A stretch of 64,000 nt of DNA from Bacteriovoracia bacterium (GTDB lineage: Bacteria > Bdellovibrionota > UBA1018 > JBFWNL01). The first letter of the stretch is position 1. The number at the start of each line of letters is the position of its first letter. This document shows, piece by piece, positions 61,490-64,000 of the stretch. A program made the translations under genes and the position numbers. The notes below the pieces were generated by a model that searched no databases, was not told where the DNA came from, and was given only the letters and a program-made list of their open reading frames with translations. The stretch lies in assembly GCA_050251055.1 (NCBI GenBank), contig JBFWNL010000002.1:128001-192000 (forward strand). The letters are read 5' to 3'.

Positions 61490-62242
61490 CTACTCTGTTT
61501 TAGTCAGCTCCAGGCCCGGAAGAGGAAGGGTGGAAACGGTTTCCTCAAAAGTCTCGTAGGACGCCTCCCCCGGCAAAATCTCGCTTTGGATGTCTTCCCC
61601 CGCTAGTGCGGCAGGCTTTACGCTTTTGAGTACCGGCGCCCGCAGTCCCGTTCCCGTGATGCCGGATTCCAACCGAATCGACTTCACGGCATTCCACGCT
61701 GCTTCCGTGTCGCCGGGGCCCACGTAGTGCGAGAACAGCATCCGGGATTTCCCAGGCGCGACTTCACGCCGCCCAACCCATAGATCCAAAGTATTTTGCG
61801 AGTTCGTAATGAAAGAACCAATCACCTGAAGGCGAACGATTCCCCCGTCCGAGGTCATTCCCCGGCCGTCGATTTTCAGGAGATTCCGGCGGATTTTACC
61901 CAAAACCTTCACCTGGGCTTCGAAAGTCAATTCGTAGACGAAACGCCCTAGTTCGTCGCGTTTTACCAAGCTCGGCTTTACCTTACGGGCTTCCTCGCCG
62001 TGCTTCACTATCGTATTCCGGTCGCCGATCTCGAAGCCCACCAATTCGTGATTCTCGGCATCGACCAAGATATAAATTGGAATATCCCCTTTGACCCGAT
62101 CCTGCCCGATGAAATCCGCATCCAGCGTCAGCGTGGTCGCGTGCACGCGGATCAACCTCCCCTCCGCGTTCGCTACCAGCGGGAGGCCCGCCCCAAAGAA
62201 CACTCCTAACGAAAATACCCAAAGAAAGACGCGTCGATTCAT
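61490..62242 (-). CDS. Secreted beta-rich hypothetical protein
   Basis: Signal peptide MNRR...ANA, 250 aa. Confidence 0.68.
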   Translation of the reverse strand: MNRRVFLWVFSLGVFFGAGLPLVANAEGRLIRVHATTLTLDADFIGQDRVKGDIPIYILVDAENHELVGFEIGDRNTIVKHGEEARKVKPSLVKRDELGRFVYELTFEAQVKVLGKIRRNLLKIDGRGMTSDGGIVRLQVIGSFITNSQNTLDLWVGRREVAPGKSRMLFSHYVGPGDTEAAWNAVKSIRLESGITGTGLRAPVLKSVKPAALAGEDIQSEILPGEASYETFEETVSTLPLPGLELTKTE

Positions 62243-63375
62243 CCGTCGTTACCCCACAACTCAGGGATTCGTACGCGAGAACGGCTTCGCTGACAATATG
62301 CGCCAAAATTTTTATACCCCCGGCCAGGGCGCGAGCGCGTCTGCTTAACCCTTTGAAAACAATAACAAATAGATGGATCTAGCTGGAGTGAGGAGGGGTT
62401 ACTAATTCTGTGCCCGCTTGGATCAAATAATCCCCTGGTCAACAGATATCTTTCAGCTATGTCTACTGCCGTAGTTTGCTCGTTTTGTGAAAGCACAAAG
62501 TACGGTCTAAATGGATTTTCATGGTGACAACGGATCTGTTTATCAAGCATTTCGCCGAGGTTCGTTTCAGTTTCACCGGACCGATTCGCATACGACCTCA
62601 TAGCCCTTTTTATTTCGGCGTGCGGCACACCCAATGCCAGCCCCTCTCTCGCAACCAGCAGCAATGTGTTATTTCGCCCTCCAAACCTATTCCTACCTCC
62701 GCTATGTAATGGCAGATTATCTGTCCAACATGCAAACGCTCCAAAATCATTCAATACGTAAGCAAACTCATCGGTTCCCGCCTTTCTCACACCACCTGAA
62801 AATGCAGCGATTAGCTGAGAACAAGAGTATTTTCTGTCCGTGATTTGCTCTACCGTTACCAAGTAAGGATTCGAAGTATCTTTGTTGTGAAAAAAACCAG
62901 GCAATCTCATTAGCCTTGATAGATCGTTCACCTTAGGATCTGTACCGAGTTGCCTTGAAATTTGTTTTTGAATTTTTCCAAACGCCTGAAGCTCTAGCCC
63001 ATGTGTTAGCCAGTAAAAATGCTGTCCGCGCTTTGATCTTACCGTAATAGATGGTTGTAGAGGAATTTGGACTTTAATATCTCCGTCATCACCGTCAGCA
63101 AATACTGCACGAACAGAAACAACATCACTACTACGTCTTCGTGCTGCCCTTGTTTTATTAACCGTAAAGAATATACCTGCGCCTCTTGCGTTTAGGTTCG
63201 CCAGCGAATCCACATGCTCATGGAAACTTCCATAAAAGCTCCTCCTTAAATCTGGACTCCTTTGACCACCTTTAGGAGATTCATCGAAGGTTTCAAAAAC
63301 CCACAGGGCTTCTTGGCCTCCACTCAAGACATCCAAGAATTTTCCTGCTGCTTCCAAGTCAATTTGAGATTTCAT
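62239..63375 (-). CDS. RepB-type DNA primase (AEP) with PriCT-like domain; probably truncated before a helicase
   Basis: GIFFTVN, RAVFADGD, PS..V.S..G.H.YW, D..V.D.SR.MRLPGF.H.K, GGRNNTL; low GC; GGAGG RBS. Confidence 0.8.
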   Translation of the reverse strand: MKSQIDLEAAGKFLDVLSGGQEALWVFETFDESPKGGQRSPDLRRSFYGSFHEHVDSLANLNARGAGIFFTVNKTRAARRRSSDVVSVRAVFADGDDGDIKVQIPLQPSITVRSKRGQHFYWLTHGLELQAFGKIQKQISRQLGTDPKVNDLSRLMRLPGFFHNKDTSNPYLVTVEQITDRKYSCSQLIAAFSGGVRKAGTDEFAYVLNDFGAFACWTDNLPLHSGGRNRFGGRNNTLLLVAREGLALGVPHAEIKRAMRSYANRSGETETNLGEMLDKQIRCHHENPFRPYFVLSQNEQTTAVDIAERYLLTRGLFDPSGHRISNPSSLQLDPSICYCFQRVKQTRSRPGRGYKNFGAYCQRSRSRVRIPELWGNDG

Positions 63376-64000
63376 TTGCGCCTCCAAAATGTTTGTTCGC
63401 ATGGAGCACAGATGTCAGGAGGGGAAAAGAAAGACGAAGGACAACTGATTCGCAACAAACCTCAAATGTCCGGGGATGCTGCGTCAATCACTCAAGGGTC
63501 TAATTTTGAAAACTTTTTTAAAACTTCTTTAAACCTAGCTACACGCTTTCGCAATTGATCCTCACTGCGGACTTCCCGCAATTTCGTATCACTTGTGAGT
63601 CTATTCTCGCTCAAGAATTGAAGCATTCGCTTCCAGCTGGGCTCTCCGGCATGTTTATCGTCCCAACCTTCAAAAAGCTTTGAAAGCCGGTATAAGCAAT
63701 AGTCCTCTAAGAGATTCCCCTTTCGGGCGTGCTCCCACTCGATTCCAATTAGGCCTTTTTGAAGTAATGACGGATTCTTAATAGCTTGCTTTTTTTGCTT
63801 CTGATGAAGACTTGAAATTATTTCAACTTGGCAGTTAAGTGCCATTTCACAAGCCTGAAGGGTGCTAATAATTTTTCCTATCTGCGCAACATCGATACTA
63901 TAGTGCAACTCTAATTTCGTTTTTTTTAGACTTCCCACTAGACTTGATACACTTTCAATATCTGCCTGCAGTTTTGCTTTGGCGTCCAACAGTGAATCTA
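62340..64000. mobile_element. Edge of a low-GC integrated element (phage-satellite/island-like remnant)
   Basis: Abrupt shift to AT-rich composition and codon usage, primase gene; continues beyond the window; no integrase seen here. Confidence 0.6.
63492..63989 (-). CDS. Hypothetical protein of the low-GC element (frame open to the window edge)
   Basis: At least 165 aa, helical, upstream of the primase in the same orientation. Confidence 0.6.
   Translation of the reverse strand: MDAKAKLQADIESVSSLVGSLKKTKLELHYSIDVAQIGKIISTLQACEMALNCQVEIISSLHQKQKKQAIKNPSLLQKGLIGIEWEHARKGNLLEDYCLYRLSKLFEGWDDKHAGEPSWKRMLQFLSENRLTSDTKLREVRSEDQLRKRVARFKEVLKKFSKLDP

Noticed and set aside
62375-62410. TGGAGTGAGGAGGGGTT, faintly like the reverse complement of a tRNA 3' end (possible att site)
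   Set aside because: No TTCGAA T-loop or cloverleaf, and no second copy in the window

Overview
GC-rich bacterial chromosomal segment. The gene repertoire (two TIGR02147-type regulators, alternative complex III, caa3-type oxidase, many large exported orphan proteins, sigma28-like promoters) suggests a Bdellovibrionota/Oligoflexia-like predator; this is inference only. Housekeeping blocks: acs-comEC / J-domain-comM, RluA and RsmB/F-type RNA modifiers, family-5 UDG, AhpC, actABCDEF, sco-ctaCDEF and ctaAB. Most notable observations: (1) a ClpB-like ATPase whose middle domain is replaced by a CUB domain, with a degenerate first ATPase ring and no GYVG pore loop; (2) a candidate ~95-nt sRNA transcribed divergently from a LysR gene, with a repeated C-rich motif in both hairpins; (3) two TIGR02147-regulator/Cys-rich-lipoprotein loci sharing an identically positioned promoter box; (4) a translationally coupled three-gene operon of large exported helical proteins with hydrophobic hairpins (possible tripartite pore-former); (5) a nested double inverted-repeat MITE-like element; (6) a prepilin fused to fibre-like motifs; (7) the edge of a low-GC island with a helicase-less RepB-type primase. 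No tRNA, rRNA or CRISPR array was recognised. All calls are by eye; no searches were run.
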